A program made the position numbers and the translations under genes. A DNA stretch of 64,000 bases from a bacterium (GTDB lineage Bacteria; Patescibacteriota; Minisyncoccia; UBA6257; 02-FULL-45-10c), in assembly GCA_021786945.1 (NCBI GenBank), contig JAJYMK010000003.1, positions 393,471 to 457,470 of the forward strand, given 5' to 3'. The notes beneath the pieces are model-generated. The model did no database searches, was not told the origin of the DNA, and worked only from the letters and a program-made list of their open reading frames with translations. Shown in pieces: positions 38,279-49,919 of this stretch (position 1 is the first letter of the stretch; each line of letters opens with the position of its first letter).

Positions 38279-41200
38279 TTATTCTTCGTCATTATTATCC
38301 TGTCTAAGGAGTTCGACGTTTAACCCCAATGATTTCAACTCGCTTAATAACACATTGAACGATGCCGGGATATTTGGACTCTTGATCTTTTCTCCCTTGA
38401 TAATCGATTCATAGGAAGCTGCACGGCCAAGTACGTCATCTGATTTTATTGTCAAAATTTCCTGTAAAATATTGGCGGCGCCATATCCTTCCAAAGCCCA
38501 GACTTCCATTTCTCCGAATCTCTGACCTCCGAATTGAGCTTTACCTCCCAAAGGTTGCTGGGTAATCAACGAATAAGGACCGATTGATCTCATGTGAATC
38601 TTGTCTTCAACCAAGTGGTTGAGTTTGAGCATGTAAATAACACCCACAGTAACCTCCCTATCAAACGGTTTTCCTGTGCGGCCATCATACAAAGTTACCT
38701 TTCCGCTTTCAGGAAGTCCGGCTTTCTTTAATTCTTCTTTGATTTGTTCTTCTGAAGCTCCGGAAAGTGCCGGAGTAACAGCTCTGTATCCCAAAGTTTT
38801 AGCAGCCCAACCAAGGTGAGTTTCCAAAATTTGTCCGAGGTTCATACGGGACGCGACACCAAGCGGCGTTAAAACAATATCTACCGGAGTACCGTCGGCC
38901 AAATAAGGCATGTCTTCTACTGGTCTTACTTGTGAAATAACACCCTTGTTTCCATGTCTTCCAGCTAATTTATCACCAGCCATAACCTTTCTGAGCTGAG
39001 CAATTTCAACCTGAATTCTCCTTATAATTCCTGGTTCTAACTTATCTCCTTTATCTCTGTCAAAAATCTTGATACCCACAACTCTTCCGGACTTACCGTG
39101 AGACATCGTAAGAGAAGTGTCTTTAACATCTCTGGCTTTTTCACCGAAAATGGCCCTAAGCAATCTCTCTTCAGAAGTAAGCTCGCTTTCTCCCTTCGGG
39201 GAAATCTTACCTACCAAAATATCACCGGATCTAACTTCTGCGCCGATTCTGATAATTCCCTCTTCATCCAAGTTTTTCAATTTTTCTTCGGAAACGTTCG
39301 GAATATCCGGAGTGGTTACTTCCGGACCAAGCTTTGTATCGCGGACATCACAATAAAAATCTTCGATGTGAATAGAAGTAAATCTATCCTGCTGAACAAC
39401 TTTTTCGGAAAGAATAATGGCGTCTTCAAAGTTAAGCCCTTGCCAGGAAACGAAAGCTACGAGCAAATTCTGGCCTAAAGCCAATGTGCCGTTATCAATA
39501 GAAGGTCCATCACACAAAATCTCGCCCTTCTTTACCTTTTGGCCCTTATTTACAATAGGTCTCTGAGAAATAGAAGTGAATTGGTTAGATCTCTTGAATT
39601 TATTAAGAGTATATTTCTTTAATCCCGATTTGGTTTTCAAAACGATATTTCTGGCATCAACTTCGGTAATTTCACCAGCATCTTCGGCTAAAATAACATG
39701 GCCCGAATCTCTAGCAACTTTGTCTTCCATACCGGTTCCTACAAAAGGAGCTTCGGCTTTAATAGAAACAACGCCTTGTCGTTGCATGTTTGAACCCATG
39801 AGTGCACGGTTGGCATCATCGTGTTCCAAGAACGGAATCAAAGATGTGGCAACGGAAATAGACTGGTTTGGAGCAATATCAATCAAATCAACCTCGTCTC
39901 TTTCACAAACGTTCGGCTCACCATTAATTCTAGCTTCAACAATTTTATTTTTAATCTTTAATTTTTCATCAAATTCAACACCACCGTGAGCAATTTTATA
40001 TTTCTCCTCATCTAAAGCGTTAAGCCAGACAATTTCGTCGGTAATAACACCTTTTTTAACAACTGCATATGGAGTTTCTAAGAAACCCAAAGCATTAATT
40101 CTAGAAAAGTTAGCCAAGTGGTTCACTAAACCGATGTTAGAACCTTCCGGAGTTTCAATAGGACAAATTCTTCCATAGTGAGATCTGTGTACGTCACGAA
40201 CCTCAAAACCGGCTCTTTCTTTTGTGAGACCGCCGGGACCCATAGCGGAAATTCTACGTTTATGCTCGACTTCGGTTAACGGATTTACCTGATCCATGAA
40301 CTGGGAAAGCTGAGAAGAAGAAAAGAATTCCTTTACAACCGAAACTAATGGTCTGGCATTTACCAATTGGACCGGAGTTAAAGTATCGATATCTAAAGTA
40401 GACATTCTGTCCTGAACAATACGTTTTAATCTGGCCAAACCGATTCTTAACTTACCCTCCAACAGCTCACCTACCGGTCTAACACGCCTATTTCCCAAAT
40501 GATCAATATCGTCCGGTTCAGCGGTCTGTTCGTTATTAAGTTTAATAATCTGCCTAAAAATAGCGATAATATCGTCTAATTCCAACAATTTAGAATTACT
40601 CTTTAAATCCAATCTCTGATTTATTTTAAATCTTCCCACCTGAGATAAATCATAACGATCGAATCTAAAAAACATAGCTTCTATTAAACTCTTAGCGTTT
40701 TCCGCGGTAGCTAAATCACCCGGCCTTATTCTCTTATAAATTTCAACAAAAGCATCCATGGCATTTTTGGAAGGATCTTTTTTGAGTGTTGTTTTTATAT
40801 GCTCCAACTCTCCGTTGTCGATATCGGAAAATACCTCCAAAATATCTTCATTGGTTTCAAGTCCAAAAATTTTAAGAAGCTCTGTGGCCGGAGCCTTTCT
40901 CTTTCTATCTATTTTTACATAAATAACACCATCCGCATCCGTTTCGAATTCAAGCCAAGCACCCCTATTTGGAATAACTTTAGCGCCAAAAAGTTTTCTG
41001 CCTCTATAAACGCTGCCGGTAAAATAAACACCCGGAGACCTTACTAGCTGAGAAACTACAACTCTTTCAACTCCATTGATAATAAAAGTTCCTCTCTCGG
41101 TCATCATCGGAAAATCACCGAAATAAACTTCCTGTTCTTTTTCGTATTTAGCCTTTTTATTTACCAACTTAAGATTCGCTCTCAAAGTAGCTTCGAAAGT

Positions 41201-41440
41201 CAAATCTTTAAACTTGGCATACTCCTCATCGTATTTAGGCTCATCAAAATAAAAATCCTTGAAATGTAATTCCAAGTCTTTTCCCGCATAATCTTTGATA
41301 GGAGAAATTTCTTTAAATAATTCTTTTAGACCTTCTTTTAAAAATCTTTTATACGAGTCGGTCTGGATCTCGATTAAATTCGGCTGACCAATGAAAGCAC
41401 CTGGGTGCTTTGAAAAAACTTTTGTAGGTAGTTTTAGCAT
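38279..41440 (-). CDS. rpoB: RNA polymerase beta subunit (compact)
   Basis: [47 protein letters not shown]. Confidence 0.99.
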   Translation of the reverse strand: MLKLPTKVFSKHPGAFIGQPNLIEIQTDSYKRFLKEGLKELFKEISPIKDYAGKDLELHFKDFYFDEPKYDEEYAKFKDLTFEATLRANLKLVNKKAKYEKEQEVYFGDFPMMTERGTFIINGVERVVVSQLVRSPGVYFTGSVYRGRKLFGAKVIPNRGAWLEFETDADGVIYVKIDRKRKAPATELLKIFGLETNEDILEVFSDIDNGELEHIKTTLKKDPSKNAMDAFVEIYKRIRPGDLATAENAKSLIEAMFFRFDRYDLSQVGRFKINQRLDLKSNSKLLELDDIIAIFRQIIKLNNEQTAEPDDIDHLGNRRVRPVGELLEGKLRIGLARLKRIVQDRMSTLDIDTLTPVQLVNARPLVSVVKEFFSSSQLSQFMDQVNPLTEVEHKRRISAMGPGGLTKERAGFEVRDVHRSHYGRICPIETPEGSNIGLVNHLANFSRINALGFLETPYAVVKKGVITDEIVWLNALDEEKYKIAHGGVEFDEKLKIKNKIVEARINGEPNVCERDEVDLIDIAPNQSISVATSLIPFLEHDDANRALMGSNMQRQGVVSIKAEAPFVGTGMEDKVARDSGHVILAEDAGEITEVDARNIVLKTKSGLKKYTLNKFKRSNQFTSISQRPIVNKGQKVKKGEILCDGPSIDNGTLALGQNLLVAFVSWQGLNFEDAIILSEKVVQQDRFTSIHIEDFYCDVRDTKLGPEVTTPDIPNVSEEKLKNLDEEGIIRIGAEVRSGDILVGKISPKGESELTSEERLLRAIFGEKARDVKDTSLTMSHGKSGRVVGIKIFDRDKGDKLEPGIIRRIQVEIAQLRKVMAGDKLAGRHGNKGVISQVRPVEDMPYLADGTPVDIVLTPLGVASRMNLGQILETHLGWAAKTLGYRAVTPALSGASEEQIKEELKKAGLPESGKVTLYDGRTGKPFDREVTVGVIYMLKLNHLVEDKIHMRSIGPYSLITQQPLGGKAQFGGQRFGEMEVWALEGYGAANILQEILTIKSDDVLGRAASYESIIKGEKIKSPNIPASFNVLLSELKSLGLNVELLRQDNNDEE

Positions 41441-41594
41441 AAAAAAATTCGAAGCTTGCTCTGCTCGATTTTTTAGAGTTATTTAATAATATATAAATAT
41501 TAAACTATATTCAATTTTTGTCAACCACTTTACTTATCCACTTTTTATCTGCTACCTACTTTTACTATTTCATTATACCATAAATCGATTTTGT

Positions 41595-42674
41595 CTATAA
41601 GCCCAGATATTTAACCCTGTTAATATTTTGCTCTTCCAAAGTTTTGCTAAAAATAATTTTATGGGTTTTAGGATCGGACAAATAATACAAATAATCAGAG
41701 CTTTGGGGGTGAAGTGCCGCATCAATTGATGCCAAACCCGGATTACTTATTGGGGTTGGAGGCAAAATATTATGTAAATAGGTATTGTATGGTGATACTA
41801 GGGTTAGTTCTTTTTTTGTTAGTAATGGATTTTCACAATAAAAAATATATCCTCCGCACTTTGCATAAACAATGCTTGCATCTATCTGAATCGGCATCCC
41901 AATCTTTAAACGTTTATAGATAATTCCAGAAACAATCGGCCTGTCTGCATCGAAATAAGCTTCTTTTTCCACCAAAGAAGCTATTGCGAGTATTTGATAT
42001 TGATCAAAGGTTTTTTTACCGATATCGATAGTTTGATCTTTTAAAAATGGCCAGGCCTTTGCATTAAAATTATCCAATATTTTTTTAACAACATCTTCAG
42101 GATAAGAATTGATAAAAAAATTATATGTATCTGGGAAAAAATAACCTTCAATTTTTATAGGCGACTTTAAATCTTTTAAAAATCCGTAATTATTCTTTAC
42201 TGAGTCAAAATTAAAACCAGATAAAGATCCCGGTTTTATAATCCCGGCATCGCTTAACTTTTTTTCTATATCAAGAAAGGTAAAACCCTCAGGAATAACA
42301 ATTTCCCTTTCCAACTCCGGACCAGCAATCAAAATTTTAAGAATTTCAAAAGAGCTTAATGAGGTATCCAAAGAATATTGTCCCGGCTTCAATTTATGCG
42401 CATTTCCAGATATAAGAGAAAAAAAACTAAAAGATAGATTGGAGCGTATAATTCCGCTATCTTCCAAATCCTTAGAAATCTGGCTGAATCCTTCACCTTG
42501 TTTTATTTCTATTTGCTTTATATTACTAACCGTAGAAACAGGCCCTAAAGCTATCATAAAATATCCGAATAACAACATCGAAATTAAAGTAAAAACCAAT
42601 AAAAACCAAAGGATTATTTTGGTCTTAAGACTAAAAATTTTAAAACTATTTATCTGTGAATTTTCTGAATCCAT
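41595..42674 (-). CDS. mltG: Endolytic transglycosylase MltG (YceG)
   Basis: IPEG, EGYFFPDTY, ASLVEKE, Q.DAS, SPYNTY...LPPTPISNPG. Confidence 0.95.
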   Translation of the reverse strand: MDSENSQINSFKIFSLKTKIILWFLLVFTLISMLLFGYFMIALGPVSTVSNIKQIEIKQGEGFSQISKDLEDSGIIRSNLSFSFFSLISGNAHKLKPGQYSLDTSLSSFEILKILIAGPELEREIVIPEGFTFLDIEKKLSDAGIIKPGSLSGFNFDSVKNNYGFLKDLKSPIKIEGYFFPDTYNFFINSYPEDVVKKILDNFNAKAWPFLKDQTIDIGKKTFDQYQILAIASLVEKEAYFDADRPIVSGIIYKRLKIGMPIQIDASIVYAKCGGYIFYCENPLLTKKELTLVSPYNTYLHNILPPTPISNPGLASIDAALHPQSSDYLYYLSDPKTHKIIFSKTLEEQNINRVKYLGL

Positions 42675-42677
42675 AAT

Positions 42678-43763
42678 TTACTTATTTCTCAAAACAATAC
42701 TTTGTATTATACCAACAATTACGACACTAACGAGTAAATTAGAGCCTCCGTAACTCAAAAATGGAAAAGAAACTCCGACCACCGGCAAAACCCCTAAATT
42801 AGATCCCGCATTTAATAAAAATTGGGTCAGAAACATTATTACCGAGCCAAGACAAAAAAATCTAGAAAAATTATTATCACTAGCCAGTCCAATTTTTATT
42901 ATCCTAAAAAGCATTATCATAAAAACCGAAATAAGAAGAAAAGCCCCTAAAATTCCCCATTCTTCAATAAAAGCCGCCAAAATAAAATCTGTCTGTGCCT
43001 CTGGAAGAAAACCAAGTTTAACTTGAGTTCCCTGCCCGAAACCCTTCCCCAAAAAACCTGCGGATCCTATAGCTATCTTAGACTGAATCACGTTATAACT
43101 CGTTCCCAAAGGATCCTTTTCCGGATAAAAAAGACCTACAACTCTTTCTTTTTGATAATCCTTTAAAAAACCAGCCCACATTAAAACGAAAATTAAAGCA
43201 AAAGCAATTAGGGCCGCAATCAAATGCTTCCATTTAATACCACTGATCAGAAGATATCCGAACCATATGGAAAATAAAATCAAAACCGTTCCTAAATCAG
43301 GCTGAATCAGTACCAAAGCAGCTGGTAAGGCAAAATATAAAAATGATTTAAATAAATTTTTAATATGACCTATACCTATATGAGCCTTTGCCCAAAAAAA
43401 AGAAAATAAGATAATAAGAGCTAGTTTGGCTAATTCAGAAGTTTGAAATTTTAATTCCCCAAAAGACAACCAGCCCCGAACGCCACGAATAGGAGATGCA
43501 ATCAAGTAAGTAAAACCTAAAAATACAATTATAAAAAAATAAAAACCAAAAACAACCCAGGGATAATTTTCAAAAGGCCTTAAATCTATCTGAGAAATAA
43601 TAAATATCAAAATAAATCCAAAAATAAACCAAGCTAACTGCTTATAAAAAAGCCCGGAATCACTACTCAATAAAGTTATAAGCCCCGCTATACCAATAAA
43701 AAAAATGCAGGTATTTAAAACCCAATCTAAATTCTTAAGTCTGCCGAAAAAATCGTTATACAT
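42678..43763 (-). CDS. rodA: Rod shape-determining protein RodA (SEDS family)
   Basis: Q.SELAK, QPDLGT, QSKIAIGS.G..GKG, PEAQTDFI, PFLSYGGS. Start moved to MYNDF to avoid overlap. Confidence 0.93.
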   Translation of the reverse strand: MYNDFFGRLKNLDWVLNTCIFFIGIAGLITLLSSDSGLFYKQLAWFIFGFILIFIISQIDLRPFENYPWVVFGFYFFIIVFLGFTYLIASPIRGVRGWLSFGELKFQTSELAKLALIILFSFFWAKAHIGIGHIKNLFKSFLYFALPAALVLIQPDLGTVLILFSIWFGYLLISGIKWKHLIAALIAFALIFVLMWAGFLKDYQKERVVGLFYPEKDPLGTSYNVIQSKIAIGSAGFLGKGFGQGTQVKLGFLPEAQTDFILAAFIEEWGILGAFLLISVFMIMLFRIIKIGLASDNNFSRFFCLGSVIMFLTQFLLNAGSNLGVLPVVGVSFPFLSYGGSNLLVSVVIVGIIQSIVLRNK

Positions 43764-43773
43764 ACCGAATAAT

Positions 43774-44535
43774 TTAATAAGTCGGATAAATAAAAATCTT
43801 TGTGGCCGAAAAATCAACTTTCTGTTCCGAATTTTTATCAATCGCTATCAAAACTTTGTAATCCCTTTCGCCAAAAATTGGAAGATTATCAAATTTAGTC
43901 TTACTTACTCCTAAGACATTTCCGGAATTATCCATCAAAAAGGCGCTTATTTCTGTCTGGGGAATATCGAAACTATAAAGATTTTTTATTTTACCGGAAA
44001 CGGCATAAAAATCACCGTCTTTATAAGTCCTGGGATTTTGATTTTCCAGCTTAATAGATCTGAATTCAGAAGATGGGCTCCAATTCAAAGCAGAGAAAAT
44101 AACCTTTGCATATTTTATATCTCCCAAAATTTTTTGTCCCGCCTCAACAATTTTTTTATCCTGAGCAGGATAAATAAATGAATTTCCAGTTACCGATCCT
44201 AGAAGTTTATCAGCAAAACCGTAAAAATCTATCTGATATTTAAAATTCTTGAGTCCTAAATTCTGATTTGGATTATTTAAATCAAAGTCAACTGAAATTA
44301 AATCTCCCAACCTAAACATCTGTAAATTTGTATATATTAATTCTTTTGGGTATTTCTGTTCACAGGAGATTCCACAAATATTGCCGCAATCAATTCCCTC
44401 TTCTCCTTGATTCTGAATTCCGTCCGAACATGTCGGAGTTATAAAAAACGAACCGCGGAAAATAAAAAATACAATGCCGGCTATTAAAGCGAGTAAAATT
44501 CCTCCAAATAAAAATTGTTTTAAAACTCTATTCAT
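43774..44535 (-). CDS. Membrane-anchored hypothetical protein with a cysteine-rich TC.DGIQNQGEEGIDCG motif
   Basis: N-terminal TM, PTCSDGIQNQGEEGIDCGNICGISC, beta-rich C-terminus. Confidence 0.7.
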   Translation of the reverse strand: MNRVLKQFLFGGILLALIAGIVFFIFRGSFFITPTCSDGIQNQGEEGIDCGNICGISCEQKYPKELIYTNLQMFRLGDLISVDFDLNNPNQNLGLKNFKYQIDFYGFADKLLGSVTGNSFIYPAQDKKIVEAGQKILGDIKYAKVIFSALNWSPSSEFRSIKLENQNPRTYKDGDFYAVSGKIKNLYSFDIPQTEISAFLMDNSGNVLGVSKTKFDNLPIFGERDYKVLIAIDKNSEQKVDFSATKIFIYPTY

Positions 44536-44599
44536 TATTATTTATTATACAACAATGCCGCCTGTGTTTATAAATAAAAAACCCCACAAATTCTTCTTA

Positions 44600-44719
44600 T
44601 AACCGGCGTAACCTACTTTCTCGCCCAACAAATTAGGACAATATCATCGGTCTTAAACATTTTCACTTCTCTGTTCGGAATGGGAAGAGGTGGGTCATGT
44701 TTAAGTAAAACACCAGCTA
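44600..44719 (-). rRNA. rrf: 5S rRNA
   Basis: CCCATTCCGAAAC-type core (CCACCTCTTCCCATTCCGAACAGAGAAGTGAAA), CCGATGAT, GAAAGTAGG; terminal helix TAGCTGGTG/CGCCGGTTA. Confidence 0.93.
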
Positions 44720-44821
44720 AAAGAAAAATTCGTGGGGTTTCTTAATCAATCTCAAAGATAAATTCTAACTTAAGAGGTCAGAATCTCTTATACAAAACTT
44801 CAAAAAATTGAAATCTTGTAT

Positions 44822-47800
44822 AAAAGAAAATCGGTCTATTAGTACTACTCGACTAAACACATTACTGTGCTTACATCTGTAGCCTATCAACGCAGTAGTC
44901 TTCTGCGGACCTAACACATAGTCTCAGGGTGGGCTTCGTGCTTAGATGCTTTCAGCGCTTATCCCTTCCGAGCAATAGCTACCCAGCATTTCAGTTGGTA
45001 CCAAAGCTGGCAGACCAGAGGCTCGTTCAATCCGGTCCTCTCGTACTAGGATCGACTCCCTTCAAGTGTTTATAAGTGTTCTTCACACTAACGCCTACAG
45101 CAGGTAGAGACCAACCTGTCTCACGACGGTTTGAACCCAGCTCACGTATCCTTTTAAATGGCGAACAGCCATACGCTTGGGACCTTCTCCAGCCCCGCGC
45201 TAGGATGAGCCGACATCGAGGTGCCGAGCTTCGTCGTCGATAGGGACTCTCGGACGAAACTAGCCTGTTATCCCCAGGGTAACTTTTAGCCGTTGTCTCC
45301 GACCTTTCTATAAAGAATCGTCGGGTCGCTAAGTTCCGCTTTCGCGTCTGCGCGACTTGTAGGTCTTGCAGTCAAGCTGGCTTGTGCCTTTACGCGTCCA
45401 GCCCGATTTCCATCCGGGCTAAGCCAACCTTGATAAACTCCTCCATTACTCTTTAGGAGGAAAATGCCCCATTTAAACTGTCCAGCAGGCACTGTCTCAG
45501 TCAGGCTTACAGGAAAACCCTGATTCCTAACCGGTTAGGCTTTAAAGAATTAAAAATGGGTGTTTCATTGGCGGATCCATTTACCCCGAAAGATAAACTT
45601 CAAATCCTACCCACTACGCTACGTATTAAACCTTTAAAGTCAATGCCAACACACAGTAAAGCTCCTGGGGTCTTTTCGTCTTGCTGCAGGTATCCCGCGT
45701 CTTCACGGGAATCGCATTTTCATCGAGCTCTTCGTTGAGACAGTTCTCCGATCATTACACCTTTCATGCGCTTCAGAACTTACCTGAAAAGGAATTGCGC
45801 TACCTTTGGACGGTTATAGTTACCGCCGACATTGACGAGGGCTTCGGGCGATAAGCACTATACATTGCTGCATAGCACCTTCACCGTTAACCTTCTCGCA
45901 TCGGTCAGGTGTCACCCCCTATACATCCACTTACGTGTTAGCAGGGAGTTGTGTTTTTGGTAAACAGTTGCCAGAGATACTTTAGCTGCGGCCCTTCTTG
46001 CGAAGGGCAGTCCTTATTGCGAACTTACGGACGCTTTTTTGCCGAGTTCCTTAACGAAGACTCACTCGTTCCCCTGAGGCTTCTCGCCTCACCCACCAGT
46101 GTCGGTTTACGGTACGATGTCTAATATATTAACCTTAGAAGTTTTTCTTGGAAGGCTCTTCATCTGTATTAGCTAAGTAAAAACTTAGCCTTACGTCAAT
46201 TCGCGAAACTTGCCATTAAAGGCAGATATCCGGATTTGCCTGGATACCGAATCTGAAAATCAGCGACGCCAAACCATTAAGGCGCACAGACTTATTTCCT
46301 CCGTCCCTCCCTCGAATATATCAGACGGGCCGGAATATTAACCGGCTTACCCTTCAGCTGCGGCTTTCGCCATGACCTTAGGATCGCCTAACCCGTGGTT
46401 GATTGCCATTGCCACGGAAACCTAGGATTTGCGGGGATTATGTTTCTCACATAATTTGGGATTACTTATACCAACATTCTCTCTTCCTAACGCTCCATCG
46501 CCCCTCGCGGGTACGACTTCACAGCAGATAGAAATGCTCTCCTACCAGATACTATCTTTACGATAGTAAATTCGCGCCTTCGGTATCTTGCTTAGCCCCG
46601 ATACATTTTTGGCGCAACCAACCATTGAATAGTGAGTTGTTACACACTCTTTAAAGGATGGCTACCTCTAAGCCAACCTCCTATCTGTCTATGGTTGATT
46701 ACTACCTTTTACACTTAGCAAGAATTTAGGGACCTTAGACGGCGATCTGGGCTCTTCCCCTCGCGACCGTGAAGCTTTGCCCCCACGGTCTAACTAGTAA
46801 TCACGATTCCTGGTATTCGGAGTTTGATTGGTCATCCGGTCTTTCGACCTGTGAGGACCATCCAGTGCTCTACCCCCAGAAAATTTAGGATTACCGCCAG
46901 TCCGAAAACTGTTTCGGAGAGAACCAGCTATCACTAAGCTCGATTAGCTTTTCACTTCTTACCCCAACTCATCCAAGGGTGTTGCACAACCCACTAGTTC
47001 GGACCTCCCCCTAATGTTTAGTTAGAGTTCATCCTGGTCAGGGCAAGCTCGCTTAGCTTCGGGTCTTACATAAACGACTGATTTCGCGCTATTAACACTC
47101 GGTTTCCCTACGGCTTCCCCGTCTCTACCGGGTTAGCCTTGCCGTTTACATAAAGTCGTTGGCTCATTCTTCAATAGGCACCACGTTAGCCGCAATGCAT
47201 CCGAAGATGCACTTTTAGCCTTCGAGTCCTTGTAAGCATATGGTTTCAGGTACTATTTCATCGCCCTCGCCGGGCTGCTTTTCACCTTTCCCTCACGGTA
47301 CTGGTTCACTATCGGTCATCAAAAGTATTTAGCCTCACGAGATTAGTACTCGTTGCTTCCTGCAAGGTTATGTGGCCTCGCAGTACTCAAGATAGATACT
47401 CATAAATGAGTAACTCCGGTCTTTCACCGGTAGAAACGGAAAAGATTGAATTTTTTTATTTACGAGGCTATCACTCCCTATGGCTCCTCTTTCCAGAGGA
47501 TTCAATTAAAATTCAATTTTGTAACTCTTCTCTTCAAACACAACGAATAATGAACCAGAAGAGTTCACTATTCGATGGTTTGAAAAAGTTTCTATCTTAC
47601 AACCCTCAAGACTTGATAACTGAAGGGCCTGAATTGTTCATCGAGTTTAATCCCGAATTCCATCTCCAGATTTCAGAAACCTTATCGAAAGTTTGGGCTA
47701 CTCCCTTTTCGCTCGCCGCTACTTGGGGAATCACTGTTGTTTTTTATTCTTCCGCTTACTGAGAAGTTTCACTTCAGCGGATACGCTCTTCATTTCTTAC

Positions 47801-47956
47801 GAAACAAAGCAATTGCGGTTTACGCAATTAGGTTACCCCATTAGGAAATCTCCGGATCAAAGGTTGCTAAGCACCTCCCCGAAGCTTATCGCAGCTACAC
47901 CACGTCCTTCATCGCCTTTTGATGCCAAGGCATCCACCATACGCCCTTAATTTAAC
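44822..47956 (-). rRNA. rrl: 23S rRNA (ends approximate)
   Basis: GGTGGATGCCTTGGC 5' motif, GGGGATAACAGGCT PTC, GGCTGTTCGCC A-loop, AGTACGAGAGGACC sarcin-ricin loop. Confidence 0.98.
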
Positions 47957-48377
47957 GTTTCATTACGAAACGCTGACCTCTTAAGTCAGAATTTATCTCA
48001 TAAATTATACGAAAATATGAGATCGATTTTGCTCCCATGCAAAATCATTTTGCGAACAACACATTGCGAAAAGACCATAATGTCTAAAATGTATTGTTCT
48101 GTTAAAATTTTCTCTCTAAATTTGTGGCTGATTCATTTCTGAATCAACTTTATTAAGTTGCTGTCTGCTGTTCATCCAGGTCTGTCAGTCGGTCCCGGAT
48201 TTTTCAAAAATATTTTTTTTGGAAGATCCGGGACAAACCAACTATTTTTTTTTAAAAAACTTGATTGAATTTTTTTATAAAAAAACCGCGTTTGCGCGGT
48301 TACTTAATACAACAAAAACTTCTCGTTTAGCCGCGCGATGTTTTGATATGTAAATAAATATTCATCAAGTAAATGTA

Positions 48378-48406
48378 ATAATAATCAATAACCAAAAAAA
48401 TGTCAA
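48378..48406 (-). promoter_or_regulatory. Promoter of the 23S-5S unit
   Basis: TTGACA-17 nt-TATTAT on the minus strand, ~420 nt upstream of 23S. Confidence 0.7.
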
Positions 48407-48472
48407 CACCTTTAAAACTAGTCGGCCAAAATAAAAAGCAGCGGGTTGAAACCGCTGCTTATTTTTATGAAA

Positions 48473-49045
48473 CTACCACCCATTTCCCACCTCGCCCTTG
48501 CGCATGGCTATGAGCAGATCCTTGGCCAGAAAAGAAATCTGGGTAAGGTATTTTTTGTTTTCCGGTTTCCTGAAAAAGCCGCAAGCCGTTTCAAGATCCT
48601 GATGAAAACATTTCTTCGCATCTTCGGATGCGTAGTTGGAGGTACAGAAAATAAGGACATCTTCCCTGCCATGAACAGAGCGCACAAGCCCCGTTTCTTT
48701 CAGGTAGTTGAAGAATTTTTTTGCCGTCGAGCCGCAATATTCTTTGCCGCCGACTTCTATGCTTTCCCATGCCCCGCGGAAAATATCGCTAGGATAGAAA
48801 AGCTTATTTTTTTCGTAAAGCACTTCCATGCAGTTCATTACATCTTTGGCATTAACCAAAGCTTTTACTCCGATTTTTTCCAGAAGAAAAAAGGAGCAAA
48901 TAACGAATTCTGAAAAACCAACTTTGAGCGCAGCGTTGGGCTGATTTTTTGACAGACTTATTTCCGCCAGCAACATCGCTTCGGCTTTTTGCCAGTCCTC
49001 CTGTGTCGGTATTTTATCCAGCGCTACGTGACTAAGTATTTTCAT
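48473..49045 (-). CDS. Orphan hypothetical protein
   Basis: 190-aa ORF with GGAGGA SD, TTGACA-17-TAAAAT promoter and a downstream terminator (48431-48468). Confidence 0.7.
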   Translation of the reverse strand: MKILSHVALDKIPTQEDWQKAEAMLLAEISLSKNQPNAALKVGFSEFVICSFFLLEKIGVKALVNAKDVMNCMEVLYEKNKLFYPSDIFRGAWESIEVGGKEYCGSTAKKFFNYLKETGLVRSVHGREDVLIFCTSNYASEDAKKCFHQDLETACGFFRKPENKKYLTQISFLAKDLLIAMRKGEVGNGW

Positions 49046-49151
49046 CTATATCCTCCATATTTTTGACTTCAAATAACTGCAGAGAATTTTATTAGAAAAA
49101 TTGAATAGTGTCAATTAAAAAACTCCCCCCGTTGGGAGAGTTTTTTAATAT

Positions 49152-49832
49152 TTATTTTTCTATTCCGTCTTTCATCTTTTGCAAAAGATGTGCGGCAAAA
49201 TCTTTTCCGCCAAGACCGAAAGCCAAACCGCCAGCCAAAGCAAACATAGCGATAAGGCCGGTAATTACCGTGTTAATAATAGCCACGGCAACTCCGAGCT
49301 GATTCAGGGCTATTAAAAGACCGAAAGTCACAATAACCCACCAGGCAGCGGAAGAAAGAAATCCCTCTCCCCCGACTTTAGCGCTCATTACGGAAGCCTT
49401 AACTATTTTCTGCATTAAATTTGCAACAATAAGAGCCACTACCATAACTAAAATAGCAACTACAAGATTCGGAAGATAAGTCAGGATATCTTTTACGAAA
49501 TTAGACAATACGTAAAACTTCAAAATATCCGCAGCCGCAGAAAAGAAAACTAAAACCAAAAACCAATAAACTATTTCTCCGAACAAATATCCGGAATTAA
49601 GTTCCAAGTTGGCCCGCTTGGTATATTCTTCCAAACCGACTTTTTTTAAAAAATTATCCAGCTTAATAGCTATAATTAATTTTTCAACCAAGGAAGCCAA
49701 ACCAGAGGCTACGGCTAAACCAATAATAAAAACCAACAACGCGCCTATCAAAGACGGTAAAAACGATAATGTTTGAACCCAAAGATTTTGTAATGAGCTC
49801 ATTAAAACGTCCGTCCAAGTTTGAATTAACAT
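49152..49832 (-). CDS. Conserved TM-helix-repeat protein (mechanosensitive channel-related, CmpX-like)
   Basis: FLPSLIGAL..FI.G, YLPNLVVA, AL.QLG, GLAFGLGGK..A. Confidence 0.85.
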   Translation of the reverse strand: MLIQTWTDVLMSSLQNLWVQTLSFLPSLIGALLVFIIGLAVASGLASLVEKLIIAIKLDNFLKKVGLEEYTKRANLELNSGYLFGEIVYWFLVLVFFSAAADILKFYVLSNFVKDILTYLPNLVVAILVMVVALIVANLMQKIVKASVMSAKVGGEGFLSSAAWWVIVTFGLLIALNQLGVAVAIINTVITGLIAMFALAGGLAFGLGGKDFAAHLLQKMKDGIEK

Positions 49833-49919
49833 TTTTTTAAAATTAATAATTAGTTTCGACTACAATTTAATTATAGCAAAATAAAAAGACGGGATTTTAT
49901 TCCCGTCTTTATTTTCTAA

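Noticed and set aside
41530-41545. Replication origin from DnaA-box-like TTATCCACT (and CGGGGATAA near 24880)
   Set aside because: Isolated imperfect boxes, no dnaA, and no lasting change in gene-strand bias.
45286-47950. Short ORFs within 23S as intron-encoded homing endonucleases
   Set aside because: No LAGLIDADG, GIY-YIG or HNH motifs; the conserved rRNA core reads continuously at the usual intron sites.
48446-48913. 155-aa plus-strand ORF and other antisense ORFs in the track
   Set aside because: Shadows of better-supported opposite-strand genes; they lack motifs and expression signals.
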